The notes: generated from the sequence alone by a model not told the origin. 64,000 nucleotides of DNA from an uncultured Phycisphaerales bacterium (GCA_963772725.1 CAVYYI010000001.1:1056001-1120000), one strand, 5' to 3'; counted from the stretch's first letter, positions 45,524 to 56,100 are shown. Program-made: numbers and translations.

Positions 45524-47155
45524 CTAATCAAATATATCAAAAGGCCTGCCTGTTCCAAAATCCCTATCTGCGAAGTTCCGGTCATAAATAAAACCAAAGC
45601 CATAAGTTGCCCTGAAAGCGTCTCGCAAAACGGCACGAAATCTCGAAGTGGGATGCGTGCCAACATTAATTAAATCAAGATTTTTAATAAAAAAGTCAGG
45701 CTGCTCACCACTGGCGATTTTATCTAAATCAATCATAACTATTTCTTCTTTTTTCTTTCCTATGCGTCTTGTTACCTCACAGCGTTTTGGCCACGCCAGA
45801 GGCCCAAGGCCTCCCGCTGCCGCAACAGCCATCTTAAGAGTCATCTCCCTGCCCGTTAGAGGGATAAAACCCTGAAAATTAACATTACCCATAATACAGA
45901 ATTCTCCATACATATCAAGAGGAACCTGGATACTATCGCCGGGTTTTATCACTATATTATAACGCGGGTCACCGCCGGAAAGTTTATCCGTTGGGATTTT
46001 TATAACTCTGGTTTGAATACCGCCTGTCCCGGTTTGCTCCCAGTCGAAATTCTCGGGTACTTTCTCTGTAAGTAATTTGCCTTTCTTCGAGGATTCTTCG
46101 ACTTTACCCTTCTTCTCCACAACCTCAGTTTCAAAACCAGGTCCGCCAACTTCCACGGGAACCCATTTACCTTCCTTGAATATCCATTCAATTCTGCCTG
46201 CATCGCCCTGCCCGGATTTTTCTGTCGGTTCACGGCCTGGCAGTTGAGAACCAATTTGGCTCACGTTTGCATCTTTATCTGTATTTTTTATACTGGACAC
46301 CGCTGCCTGTTGTTCTTTATTGCCAGGTATTTCTAATCCCATCGGCAGCGCAACATCCGAAAGCTCTTTTTCTGTTGCCATCTCGGCTGAGGTTATTACC
46401 ATCGCACGGTTGGGTCGTTTCCACTGATTTGATGACGCGTGCGGAGCTATTATCTCCATCATTTCTTGCTCATTGGGGATTTTCAATTCCTGGGTCTTAT
46501 TGGGTTCCTCTATCGCAGGGCCTTCAACCTGCTCTTTTCCCGTAATTTGACGCGTCACAAAAATATAACTAACATTATACTGAGTGGCCACCTGACCATC
46601 CGCAATAGCGTCCATCAACCTGTAATCATATCTTGGAATGGGGTATCTGCCGGGCCTCGGTACACCGTTGCCAAGTATGGAAAATATCCGCTGTTGTGAA
46701 TTAATGAGAGTTACCGTTACCGACGGATCTTTTAAAATATGCGGCGAGAGACTCGTTTTTATCTCATCTTCAAGCTGTGCCTCGGTCAAACCCATAGCAT
46801 CAACAACGCCAACCTGCGGTATGGATATTTTACCTGTTTCGGTAACTACATAATCTTTTTCAAAAAGTATTCCCGGCTCAAATAATTCAAAAACAGATAT
46901 TCGGACAACGTCCCCCGGGCCAAATGTATAGTCTTTTTCATAAACCATGGAATCTATCGGTTTGGGGTCTTCTGATTTTTCCCACGTTGAAGGCGTTTCT
47001 TCAGCTACGCCAAGCGTATCAAGTATGACATTCACAGCAGGAACCGGACGAAATCTGCCTATCTGTCCTGGGTCAAGAAACTTGGTATTACACCCTGCCG
47101 ACAGCAAAATCAGCGATGAAACCAAAATATATGCTCTCTCCCGGAACATTTTCAT
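45524..47155 (-). CDS. Wza-like polysaccharide export lipoprotein with SLBB domains
   Basis: Lipobox LSAG-C; YTFGPGDVVRISV...GKISIPQVG; SLBB-like GNVNFQG...AVAAAGG; long low-complexity insertion. Confidence 0.85.
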   Translation of the reverse strand: MKMFRERAYILVSSLILLSAGCNTKFLDPGQIGRFRPVPAVNVILDTLGVAEETPSTWEKSEDPKPIDSMVYEKDYTFGPGDVVRISVFELFEPGILFEKDYVVTETGKISIPQVGVVDAMGLTEAQLEDEIKTSLSPHILKDPSVTVTLINSQQRIFSILGNGVPRPGRYPIPRYDYRLMDAIADGQVATQYNVSYIFVTRQITGKEQVEGPAIEEPNKTQELKIPNEQEMMEIIAPHASSNQWKRPNRAMVITSAEMATEKELSDVALPMGLEIPGNKEQQAAVSSIKNTDKDANVSQIGSQLPGREPTEKSGQGDAGRIEWIFKEGKWVPVEVGGPGFETEVVEKKGKVEESSKKGKLLTEKVPENFDWEQTGTGGIQTRVIKIPTDKLSGGDPRYNIVIKPGDSIQVPLDMYGEFCIMGNVNFQGFIPLTGREMTLKMAVAAAGGLGPLAWPKRCEVTRRIGKKKEEIVMIDLDKIASGEQPDFFIKNLDLINVGTHPTSRFRAVLRDAFRATYGFGFIYDRNFADRDFGTGRPFDIFD

Positions 47156-47654
47156 AACATGAATATCCTAAAATTTAGACACCCTTTTCTCGTAAATACC
47201 CGAAAATAGTCGTTTTATTTTTTCCTTGGTGTTTTAATCGGTTTAATACGTTCTCTGCTTAACCTTATTTTGGATAGCGTAGACAGACCTGCTTTGCTCA
47301 CAGAATTATCTCTTTGGCAAAATATAATCAATTATCATTCACCACTCACTCAACTTCCTATAAAATAAGGCCTTAAGGCAATCATTACACCCGCTCTGCC
47401 GCCGTTTTAACCGCGTTGACTGCTGTAAAAATACAGTTTATATACACATAAAGCAGGCCATTTGTTCAGAATAACTATTTTATTTTAGGCCCTATAATTA
47501 TATTTAAGCCCGCAAAACCGCAAGTTAGTTTTGGATTAAACTTCCTTAGAAAATGATTGCTTTTTGCGGTATTTTAAGTTAAGGTATCGCAGGAAATTAA
47601 GCTAAACTTTAACTCAAAACTATTGGCGGAAATTCAAAAAGGAGGCTATCTGAA

Positions 47655-49217
47655 ATGATTAAGTTGAACAATCGAAAGAATATTTTTGTCGCTGGATTTG
47701 TGATTGTCTTTTTTGCCATCGGCTCACGTGCTGAAAATATAAACACCCTTTCAGGCAACGAACTGATGAAAATCATTCGCGAAAAGAATGGCCAGGCAGA
47801 ACCGGCATATTTTGAACTCCTCGCGAAACGCAAGCCGTTGCAGGCCGCGGCAGAAGATGTCAATAAAACTCCCGCACCGGAAACACCTAAGACAGCGATT
47901 CCCGAAGAAAAACCGCCAATCGCTACTCAACCTCCAAAATCTGTCGCCAGTAACGTTAGCGTAAATAAACCGTTGCCGGTTAAGCCGCCTGTAACTGTTA
48001 CCGCTGAAAAAGCCGTTAACTCTCCACAGGATTTACTATCGCTGCTTCCTGCTGAAACGGTATTCTGCGTGCGAGTTAATAATTTTGATTACACCCTCGG
48101 AAAAATAGACGGGTTTTTAGGCGGCGCTTTGCCGATACCGATGGGAGCGTCGATGATGGCGCGTATGCAGCTTGCGGGATTGTTCGGCGACCCGCAATTA
48201 AAAAACATAAATACCGCGGGAACGTTTGTTTTCTTCGGAACAATTCTCAACACGAATAAAACAGATGCAGTTCCATCAGATAATATGTTCGTCGGCGGAT
48301 TAATCCCGACAGCCAATTATGATAATCTCACAGCCGGCAATCCGAGTATTGAAAAGGCTGACGTTAACGGAGTGTCAAAAATTAATACCAAAAGCATGAA
48401 CAGCCAGGCTCAGACAATCTTAATCACAAAAGCAGCCAATTACGTTTTGGTCAGTTCGCCGGAATTTTATGACAAAATGGTCGTCGCGGCTAAATCTATT
48501 GCCGAACCCAAAAATAACGGGTTCGCGAGCGCTATCGATACGGCGGAAACCGAAAAAGCCGCTAAAACACCAATATGGGCCTTTATAAATGTCCAGAAAA
48601 TAAATCAGACTTTCGGGCCGATGATTTCGGCGCAGGTTGAGCAGGCGAAAATGATGATGGCTTCCGGCGCAATTAATAAACCGTTTGCCGCGGCAGCAAA
48701 CGACCCGAACGCGATTATGAACTCTGAAAAAATGCTGCAGGACATACAATCTTTAAGTATAGCTGTTGTCCCAGAAGAAAACGTTCTTAAAATCAGCGAA
48801 ACTTTAACCGCGATAGCCGGAACCAAAACCGCTGGTATGTTCACCGCTGATAATCCCGATCTGCTCACGATAATGAATAAACTTAAAGCAACCCCCACTA
48901 AAACGGCCGCGGGCGACTTGGCGGATGTTACAAAACTGATACCAGAGGCAAGCAGGGCTGATTTTGTCGGCAAATACAATATGATGGAATTGTTCAAACT
49001 TCAAAAGGCGATGATGCCGATGGCAGCGCCCGACAGCAATGTCACCGAACCGCAGGTTGACACTTCCGCCAAGAGCGCACTGGTTTACGCCGTCAAAGTC
49101 AGCGGCAATCAACTCAAGGTCGATATCGCCCTGCCGAAAGAACACCTGATGGAAATCAGCCAGGCCTCGCAAAAGCTGATACAGCCAAAGACACCGCCGC
49201 CCACGAACGGTTTATAA
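47655..49217 (+). CDS. Secreted hypothetical protein with Pro-rich linker
   Basis: GGAGG RBS, signal peptide, P/K/T-rich linker and a globular C-terminal region. Confidence 0.75.
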   Translation: MIKLNNRKNIFVAGFVIVFFAIGSRAENINTLSGNELMKIIREKNGQAEPAYFELLAKRKPLQAAAEDVNKTPAPETPKTAIPEEKPPIATQPPKSVASNVSVNKPLPVKPPVTVTAEKAVNSPQDLLSLLPAETVFCVRVNNFDYTLGKIDGFLGGALPIPMGASMMARMQLAGLFGDPQLKNINTAGTFVFFGTILNTNKTDAVPSDNMFVGGLIPTANYDNLTAGNPSIEKADVNGVSKINTKSMNSQAQTILITKAANYVLVSSPEFYDKMVVAAKSIAEPKNNGFASAIDTAETEKAAKTPIWAFINVQKINQTFGPMISAQVEQAKMMMASGAINKPFAAAANDPNAIMNSEKMLQDIQSLSIAVVPEENVLKISETLTAIAGTKTAGMFTADNPDLLTIMNKLKATPTKTAAGDLADVTKLIPEASRADFVGKYNMMELFKLQKAMMPMAAPDSNVTEPQVDTSAKSALVYAVKVSGNQLKVDIALPKEHLMEISQASQKLIQPKTPPPTNGL

Positions 49218-49254
49218 GAGTAGATTTGCTTATGAGTAATATAATTTATGAATT

Positions 49255-49791
49255 ATGGGATACGCGGTATTCATTGTGTATGCCTTTTATTTGTGCAAGG
49301 AATATGAGAAGACGAATTTTTCAAAATATCCAGTGCTCATATCTTTCATAAGCGGCACTCTTTTTGCAATGCCGATTTTTTTAAGATTTTGGTGTGTTTA
49401 TAAAGATAAAGAAAATTATCAAATAATTATAGGAATGCTGGTGACCTGTTTCACCGGTGTAGCCATTCTGTTGTTAATCAATTTTTTTACAATAATTTTA
49501 AATTGCATCTTATTGCTATTGCAAATAAAAGATAAGCCTTGGAATCTGGCTGTAAAGTCATTTGGGGTGTCAGCATTTTATCAAGTACTTCTTTTTTCGT
49601 GTTTCGCTTTAGGAATTACGTACCATAGATTTGGAATTATTATATTCATTTTCATAATATTGAGATTTTTCGCATATTTTTGTGGAGTTTTAAGAATTAC
49701 AGGTCAGAATCAACATGTTGCGATGTTAGGCACTCTTTGTTGTTTTGATTGCTGGCTTATATTATATACTATTTTTCGATGTGCATTTTAA
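49255..49791 (+). CDS. AT-rich hypothetical membrane protein
   Basis: 178-aa hydrophobic ORF in a visibly AT-rich stretch. Confidence 0.5.
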   Translation: MGYAVFIVYAFYLCKEYEKTNFSKYPVLISFISGTLFAMPIFLRFWCVYKDKENYQIIIGMLVTCFTGVAILLLINFFTIILNCILLLLQIKDKPWNLAVKSFGVSAFYQVLLFSCFALGITYHRFGIIIFIFIILRFFAYFCGVLRITGQNQHVAMLGTLCCFDCWLILYTIFRCAF

Positions 49792-49827
49792 TTAGATTCG
49801 AAGCCAGTGGATGAACCGGTGGTGTGA

Positions 49828-50862
49828 CTATGATTTGCCTTTTAATCGGTCGGCGCCTAATTGGCCGCAGGCGGCTTTTATGGTTTGGCCCTTTTTCAGG
49901 CGGACGGCGGTTTCTATTCCGGCATCGGTAAGGACTTTTTTGAAACGGTTAATACTTGCTCTGGGGGCTGCGGTCAATTCGCTGCCCGGATGAGGGTTAT
50001 ATTCTATCAGGTTGATGTTACATTTTATGCCGCGAAGGAGTTTTACAAGCATTTGGGCGTGCAGGGTTGTTTCATTTACGCCGGCAATGAGGATATATTC
50101 GAAAGTTACGCGGTTCTTGGTTTTTTTCTGATAGGTTTTGACGGCCTCGATTAAGGATTCGAGAGGGTATTTCTTATTGATAGGCATCAGCGTGGTTCTT
50201 ATTGAATCGGTCGGGGCGTTGAGAGATACCGCAATGCGGGGATGGATATCAAGGTCAGCCAATTGCTCAATGGCGGGAGCTATTCCGCAAGTACTTACGG
50301 TGAGGTGTCTTATGCCGATATTTTTCCCGCTGCTATTGTTAAGTATTCGCACAGACCGCACAACATTATCGAAATTCATCAGCGGCTCACCCATTCCCAT
50401 ATAGACGACATTGGTAATCCTCGGATTTTCTTTCTGAATCACGTTGACCTGGTCGGCAATTTCGCCTGCGGTAAGGTTCCGCTTAAATTTCAGTTTCGCC
50501 GTTGCGCAAAAGGAGCAATCCATTGGGCAGCCGACCTGGGTTGAAACGCAGAGGGTTATTCTGTCATCATCAAACAGCAACACGGTCTCAATGCGGCTGG
50601 CGTCAGCCAGTTCGAAGAGATACTTGATAGTGCCATCCGGGTCGATGAATTTCTCCACAGTCTTTAATTGGGAGATATAATAGCCCTCTCCGCTAAGCTT
50701 ATCGCGAAAGGCCTTACTCAGCGTAGTAATCTGCGAAATCTCGGCAATATCTTTGGTGTGAATAAAAGTGAAAATGTATTTGGCAAGGTATCTCTTCTGG
50801 CCAAATTCAGCGACTATATTTTCAAGTTCTTCAAGCGTCTTATTTTTTAAGTCTTTATCCAT
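49828..50862 (-). CDS. rlmN: 23S rRNA/tRNA A-C2 methyltransferase RlmN
   Basis: CVSTQVGCPMDCSFC, YMGMGEP and C-terminal AACGQL. Confidence 0.93.
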   Translation of the reverse strand: MDKDLKNKTLEELENIVAEFGQKRYLAKYIFTFIHTKDIAEISQITTLSKAFRDKLSGEGYYISQLKTVEKFIDPDGTIKYLFELADASRIETVLLFDDDRITLCVSTQVGCPMDCSFCATAKLKFKRNLTAGEIADQVNVIQKENPRITNVVYMGMGEPLMNFDNVVRSVRILNNSSGKNIGIRHLTVSTCGIAPAIEQLADLDIHPRIAVSLNAPTDSIRTTLMPINKKYPLESLIEAVKTYQKKTKNRVTFEYILIAGVNETTLHAQMLVKLLRGIKCNINLIEYNPHPGSELTAAPRASINRFKKVLTDAGIETAVRLKKGQTIKAACGQLGADRLKGKS

Positions 50863-50917
50863 TTTTATATTTTACCAAAAATAACGCTTTAAGCCAATGG
50901 GTTATATACGTTATAAT

Positions 50918-51072
50918 TAACCACGAATGAACACGAATAAACACAATATAAGAAAGAACACAGAATACCGCAGACAGTAGAAAAGTTCGTTGTTCGGAGT
51001 TCTTAGTTGGTAGAAAAAAGTTCGAGACGCAAGACGAAATAATCTGTGAAAATCTGTGTGAATCTGTGGCTA
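50918..51072 (+). repeat. Composite short-period tandem-repeat element
   Basis: TAACCACGAATGAACACGAATAAACAC left arm; AGAACAC/AGAATAC and GTTCGTT-type 7-mers; AATCTGTG 10-mers ending GTGGCTA. Confidence 0.85.
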
Positions 51073-51086
51073 ATAAAGAGTTGATT

Positions 51087-52283
51087 ATGAAACCGGAACT
51101 GCTGGCGCCGGCGGGAAATCTTGAAAAACTGAAATGGGCGGTACAATATGGTGCCGATGCGGTTTATTTTGGCACTACTTTCGGCTCATTGAGGAGTTTC
51201 GCGGGGAATTTTACTGTTGATGATGCTGTTGAGGGGCTGAATTTTCTCCATGCGATGGGCAAAAAGGGTTATGTAACGCTTAATATCTATCCGTTTTCAG
51301 ATGAGTATGAGAAAATTATAGATATCGCCAAAAAACTCGATGACGCCGGAGCGGACGCTTTTATCGTATCCGACATAGGGGTGCTGACCGAACTGAATAA
51401 GCTTAAACTAAAAGCCGCAATTCATATCAGCACGCAGGCAAATTCAACCAGTTATCAAACTGTGCTGGCGTATAAACAACTCGGCGCCAAAAGGATTAAC
51501 CTAGCAAGAGAGCTTTCCATTGAGCAGATAAAACATATCCAGGAAAATATCAACGGGCAGGTTGAAACGGAGGTTTTTATTCATGGTTCGGTCTGTTTTT
51601 CATACTCGGGCAGATGCGCCATCAGCGATTATCTTACGGGATTTCAGGCTAATCGCGGAGAGTGTAAACACCCCTGCCGATGGAAATATGCTCTTGTGGA
51701 GGAGAAAAGGCCGGACGAATACATGCCGGTTTTCGAGGATGAAAGAGGAACTTATATTTTCAACTCAAAGGAACTGGCATTATTTCCCTTTGTGCCGGAA
51801 TTGGCACAGGCAGGTATAACTTCATTTAAAATCGAAGGCAGGATGAAATCCATTCACTATATCGCCTCAATTGTGTCATTTTACAGGCAGGTTATCGACG
51901 GCAAAATCTTTACGCAGGAGCAGGGCTTTGAACTGCTCAGCAGAGTACCTAATAGAGGTTATTCGTACGGTTTTATGAAGGGAAGTATCGGCCCGGAAGA
52001 CTATAAGTTTAATCAAAGTCTTTCGCATTGCGGAGCGGTTTTTGTCGGAAATATATTGGAAAAACAAATCGACAATGGCAGTATTCTGGAAGTGCGAAAC
52101 AAAATTTATGCCGGTGAAACACTCGAGGTTCTTACGCCTGACGGCTCTCTTTCAAATATCACCCTGCCCCAGTCTCTTGCTGCAACAGATAATCAGCAAT
52201 GTGAATTCGCGAATAATTCCCAGTTTATCAAAATTGACAGAGTTTTACCCCCCTACTCTGTTCTGAGAAGAATCAGCAGGTAA
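51087..52283 (+). CDS. U32-family protein (TrhP/YegQ-like tRNA hydroxylation)
   Basis: PELLAPAG, GADAVYFG, CFSYSGRC...NRGECKHPCR Fe-S motif and KIEGRMKS. Confidence 0.88.
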   Translation: MKPELLAPAGNLEKLKWAVQYGADAVYFGTTFGSLRSFAGNFTVDDAVEGLNFLHAMGKKGYVTLNIYPFSDEYEKIIDIAKKLDDAGADAFIVSDIGVLTELNKLKLKAAIHISTQANSTSYQTVLAYKQLGAKRINLARELSIEQIKHIQENINGQVETEVFIHGSVCFSYSGRCAISDYLTGFQANRGECKHPCRWKYALVEEKRPDEYMPVFEDERGTYIFNSKELALFPFVPELAQAGITSFKIEGRMKSIHYIASIVSFYRQVIDGKIFTQEQGFELLSRVPNRGYSYGFMKGSIGPEDYKFNQSLSHCGAVFVGNILEKQIDNGSILEVRNKIYAGETLEVLTPDGSLSNITLPQSLAATDNQQCEFANNSQFIKIDRVLPPYSVLRRISR

Positions 52284-52292
52284 TCCGGATAT

Positions 52293-52381
52293 TCAGCCAC
52301 AGATGGCACAGACATCACAGAGGTATGAAATTTTAGATTTTGGATTAAAAATCGAAAATTGAATGCGGCCTCTGCGGTTAA
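52293..52381 (+). repeat. Composite short-period tandem-repeat element
   Basis: TCAGCCACAGA-TGGCACAGA-CATCACAGA left arm; ATTTTAG/ATTTTGG and AAAATCG/AAAATTG 7-mers; ends CTCTGCGGTTAA. Confidence 0.75.
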
Positions 52382-52394
52382 TGAAGTATGCGGG

Positions 52395-52598
52395 TTAACA
52401 AGGCTTTACGTTGGTCGCTTCGGGACCTTTGCGGCCTTTGCCTATTTCGAACTCAACTTTCTGGCCTTCGTCCAGACTGCGGTAACCTTCCGCTGTAATG
52501 TTGGAATGATGGACGAAAAGCTCCTCTCCGCCCTCATCCGGAACGATAAAACCATAACCTTTGCTCTGATTAAACCATTTCACTGTACCTGTACTCAC
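52395..52598 (-). CDS. Cold-shock protein (CspA family)
   Basis: GTVKWFN, KGYGFI (RNP1), LFVHHS (RNP2) and GPEATNV. Confidence 0.95.
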   Translation of the reverse strand: MSTGTVKWFNQSKGYGFIVPDEGGEELFVHHSNITAEGYRSLDEGQKVEFEIGKGRKGPEATNVKPC

Positions 52599-52796
52599 TT
52601 GTGTAACTCCCCGGAGTTCTAATTTCTGAACCCCATCTTAATTTCCCCCGTTATTCAATCAGGAATATGCCCCGGAGGATATTGGTGCCTATTCCTTCCT
52701 TAATTATCGGCAGTTTAATCATGCCAATCCCCCCTGTCAACATATTTATGGTTTCAGGATGGCCGGTCAGAATCAAAATAATAAAATTCCAGGTTT

Positions 52797-53081
52797 TTAA
52801 TCCCCGTTAATACTCCGCATAATAGCGAGGCATTTGTTTAAATAGTCGTCAGTAATTTGTTTGCGGAACCTTTGTTGAGTATTAGGCTTGAGACAATCAT
52901 CTCTAAAGCAGCATTCTGTGTATATACACTGACCATCGGACGAGCCGTAACACGGAGTATTGTGTTCGGCCCGCTGAATAGCGTGAATCAGTTCGGTCCT
53001 GCTCATAAAATCCGGCGTTATGCCGAGCATTTTAGCTTTATTTTTTATAGACGAAATTTCCATAGGAAGCAATCCGGGCAT
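52797..53081 (-). CDS. Small SAP/Rho-N-like protein with C-terminal Cys cluster
   Basis: IKNKAKMLGI...SRTELIHAIQRAEHNTPCY...C....CCFRDDC. Confidence 0.7.
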   Translation of the reverse strand: MPGLLPMEISSIKNKAKMLGITPDFMSRTELIHAIQRAEHNTPCYGSSDGQCIYTECCFRDDCLKPNTQQRFRKQITDDYLNKCLAIMRSINGD

Positions 53082-53146
53082 TAAAATTTTTATCTACATA
53101 TTTATCGGCTAAAAGAGGACAAAAAATAAGCGTTGTAAATGGTATT

Positions 53147-56100
53147 TCAGGATGTGCCTTTCAAGGCTTTCAGGCAATCCGGGCAAAAAAGTTGACCCGA
53201 ATCAATTTTGACCAAGTCGGATTCTTTAATATTGCTTCTGCCGCAGCATTCACAGGTACCTGTTTTCGTAACTTCTTTTACCGGCTCAACTAACGGCATT
53301 TTAACCTCTGCGGTCTGGTTGGCGGTCTGCTTAGCCTTATCGAGCTGCTCCCCGTAGTAATTGAGTTTTTGCTCCAACTCTATCATGATACCGCTTTGGG
53401 CATGGATTTTCTGCTCAGCTTCGGTTCTGGCTCGTACCTGTTCCTGAAGTTTTTCTTCGGTATCGGCCAGCGTGCGGCGAATTGTTTCGACTTCGTCCTG
53501 CCATTGTTCCTGAATTTTATTTAATTGCCGCTGAGAAGCGTTAATCTGCTCATGCAGTTGTGCGGTCATATTTTTTTCAGAAGTCAATCGTGATTCAATG
53601 CCCTGCCGGGAGTCGGACTCGATATTTGCCCTGCGTTCAAGCTCGGCGATTCGCTGAGTGCAGTCGCTGAGTTTCTTCTCAGAATCCGCTCTTGTTTGCC
53701 GCTCCTGTTTTATTAGAGATTCCGCTGCGATTCGGGCGTGAATCTGTTCGGTCAACTTTTGCTGAAGTTCAGCCATCTGGTCGCGGATTTCATTCAGTTT
53801 TTCCTCAGCCTGGAGTTTTGATTTCGCTTCAGATTCCGCCTGCCTTTCGGCGTGAGTAAGATTTTCGCCGAACTCTCTGATTTTATGTTTGGCGTTGGCT
53901 TTGGCCTGCTCAAGTGAAGCCTGATATTCTTTAATTTTCTCTTCCAGCTTCGCGCATCGAGCCAAAGTTTGCCGTTCAACTTCGGCTTTGACCATGGCAA
54001 TATTTTCCGCAGCTTGAGCCTCTATCTTCTCCTTTTGCGCAGCCAGCGAGTCGGCGGTCTCACTTTTGATTGCCGCGATAGAATCGGCATAGTGTCGGGC
54101 TTTTTCCTCGAGTTCGGATTTGATTTGCGCCCTTGCCTCGGCTGTCTCTATTTTTAGCATTGCTGTCTGATTCAGCAGGGTTTTTACTTCCTCCTGGGCG
54201 TCAAGGATGGCTTTGCCTTGAGCCTGGGCATGTGCTTCGGCCTTCTGTTTAGCCTCAATCTGAGCACACAACTGTTCTTTGAGGCGAGCAATACGTTCAG
54301 TTACAGCGACAACATGTTTTTCAGACTCAGTTCGTGCAAGACGTTCCGCATCAATTTGAGCAGAGGCCTGTTCAGATAACACCTTATATTTACTGATCTG
54401 TTCATCCTGTTTTGATTTAAATTCCGCCGATTCATTCGCAGCCTCACTTTTGAGTTGAGCAATTTTCTCAGCGGCTTTTGTCTCCGAGGTTTGATACAGG
54501 CTTGAGATTTCGGCGGCAGAATCACGCTGAATTTTAGCGATGGAATCAGCATACTCTTGAGCCTTATTTTCGAGCTGCGACTTAGCTTCCGCGATATTTT
54601 GCGAGGCCTCAATTTTGACCCGGGCGATTTGCTCTGTCAGGGAATTGACCTGCCGGTTCGCTTCGGTGGCCAATTGCTTTTGCTCTTCAATTTGTGATTG
54701 GGCTTTTTCAAGCAGGCTTTGATATTGCTGCTGTTTATTCTCAAATTGTGATTTAAGGGCGACAAGTTTTTCAGCGGCATCGGTCTTAATTTGGTCTATT
54801 TTTTGAGCAGTTTGAGCCTCCAGTTTTTGCTTTTCATCAGCAACAGTTTCAGCAATTCGGGCCTCGGCTTTTACCGCCATTTCGGCATATCTTACAGCTT
54901 TATCCTCAAGTTCGGATTTTACTTTCGCTACTGTTTCAGCGGCATCGGATTTAATAGAGGCAATCTGCTCAGCGGTCTCGACTTTGTTCCGGTTTAACTG
55001 TTCGGTCAAAGATTTAATTTCCTGCTGAGCCTGCGACATCATTTGCTTCAACTCCCTTGCCTGGGACTCAGCAATATTTTTAACTTCGGATAAAACCTTA
55101 CACTGCTCATCAAGCCTGGATAATTGTTCGCTGGCAAGTTTCAGCTTCTTTTCGACCTCGGCTCTGCGGATTGATTCGGATTCCGCTCGTACCTGTGCCT
55201 CCTCTCTCGAGGCTTGTTCGCCCTTCGTCCATGCTTTGGCAATAATCTTGGCCCTGCTTTCAGCCTGTGCAAAAGCTTTTTTCTCCACTTTTGCCTCTGC
55301 TTCTCGGATATCGGCATTATAATTTCTTACTTTTTCTTCCGCTTTTGTACGTCGCTGGATTTCAGTATCCAACTTGGTCTCGGATTCCTTAATCAGGCGA
55401 GTATATTCGTCGGCCTTAAGAGCCGACTGCGACTCAATTTTGCGAATTTCTTGTGCCGCGTCTGATTTTGCACGGGCGATTAAATTTTCAGTTTCGGCCT
55501 TATTCTTCTCTTTCTCAGCCAGAATAGCCTCCTGCGCTTCCGCCTTTGCTTTTATTATCGAATCAGCATAAGCGCAAGTTTTTAGCTCGAGTTCGGACCT
55601 AACTTTTGCCGTCGCTTCAGCAGCCTCGGTTTTAATAGAAGCAACCTGCTCGGCAGTATCAGCTTTGACCTGGTTTAACTGTTCTATCAAAGATTCAATT
55701 TCCTGCTGTGCCTGCGAACGAGTGTTTTGCTCGGCCTGAAGCTGTGCATGGATAACATCTTTTATTTTCGATTCAGCCTCAAGGCTTTGTTCTGTTTTAA
55801 TCAGTGCCGACTTAAGAGTTTGAATACTCTCGTTTGACTTAATCTTTAATTCGTTAAATTCAACCTCGACTGCGGTGAACTTTTCCTGAGTTTCTATTTT
55901 AGCCTGTGTTTCAGAGGCGAGACGCGACTGCTGTTCCTGAATCGTCGCATTGTATTGCCAGACCTTTTGTTCGGCGTCAGCTCTCGCCTGCCGTTCCGCT
56001 TTGAGTTGGTCTTCGGCTTTATGTAAGGTTTGCAGTTGGCTGCTTAACTGGTTCTCAAGCTGGGCGATATTTTCGCAAGCAGCCTGAAGTTTCAATTCAA

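Noticed and set aside
47390..47405. ops/JUMPstart-like site (GGCGGCAGAGCG, minus strand) upstream of the polysaccharide operon
   Set aside because: It mismatches the GGCGGTAGnnTG consensus and no NusG paralogue is visible in the window.
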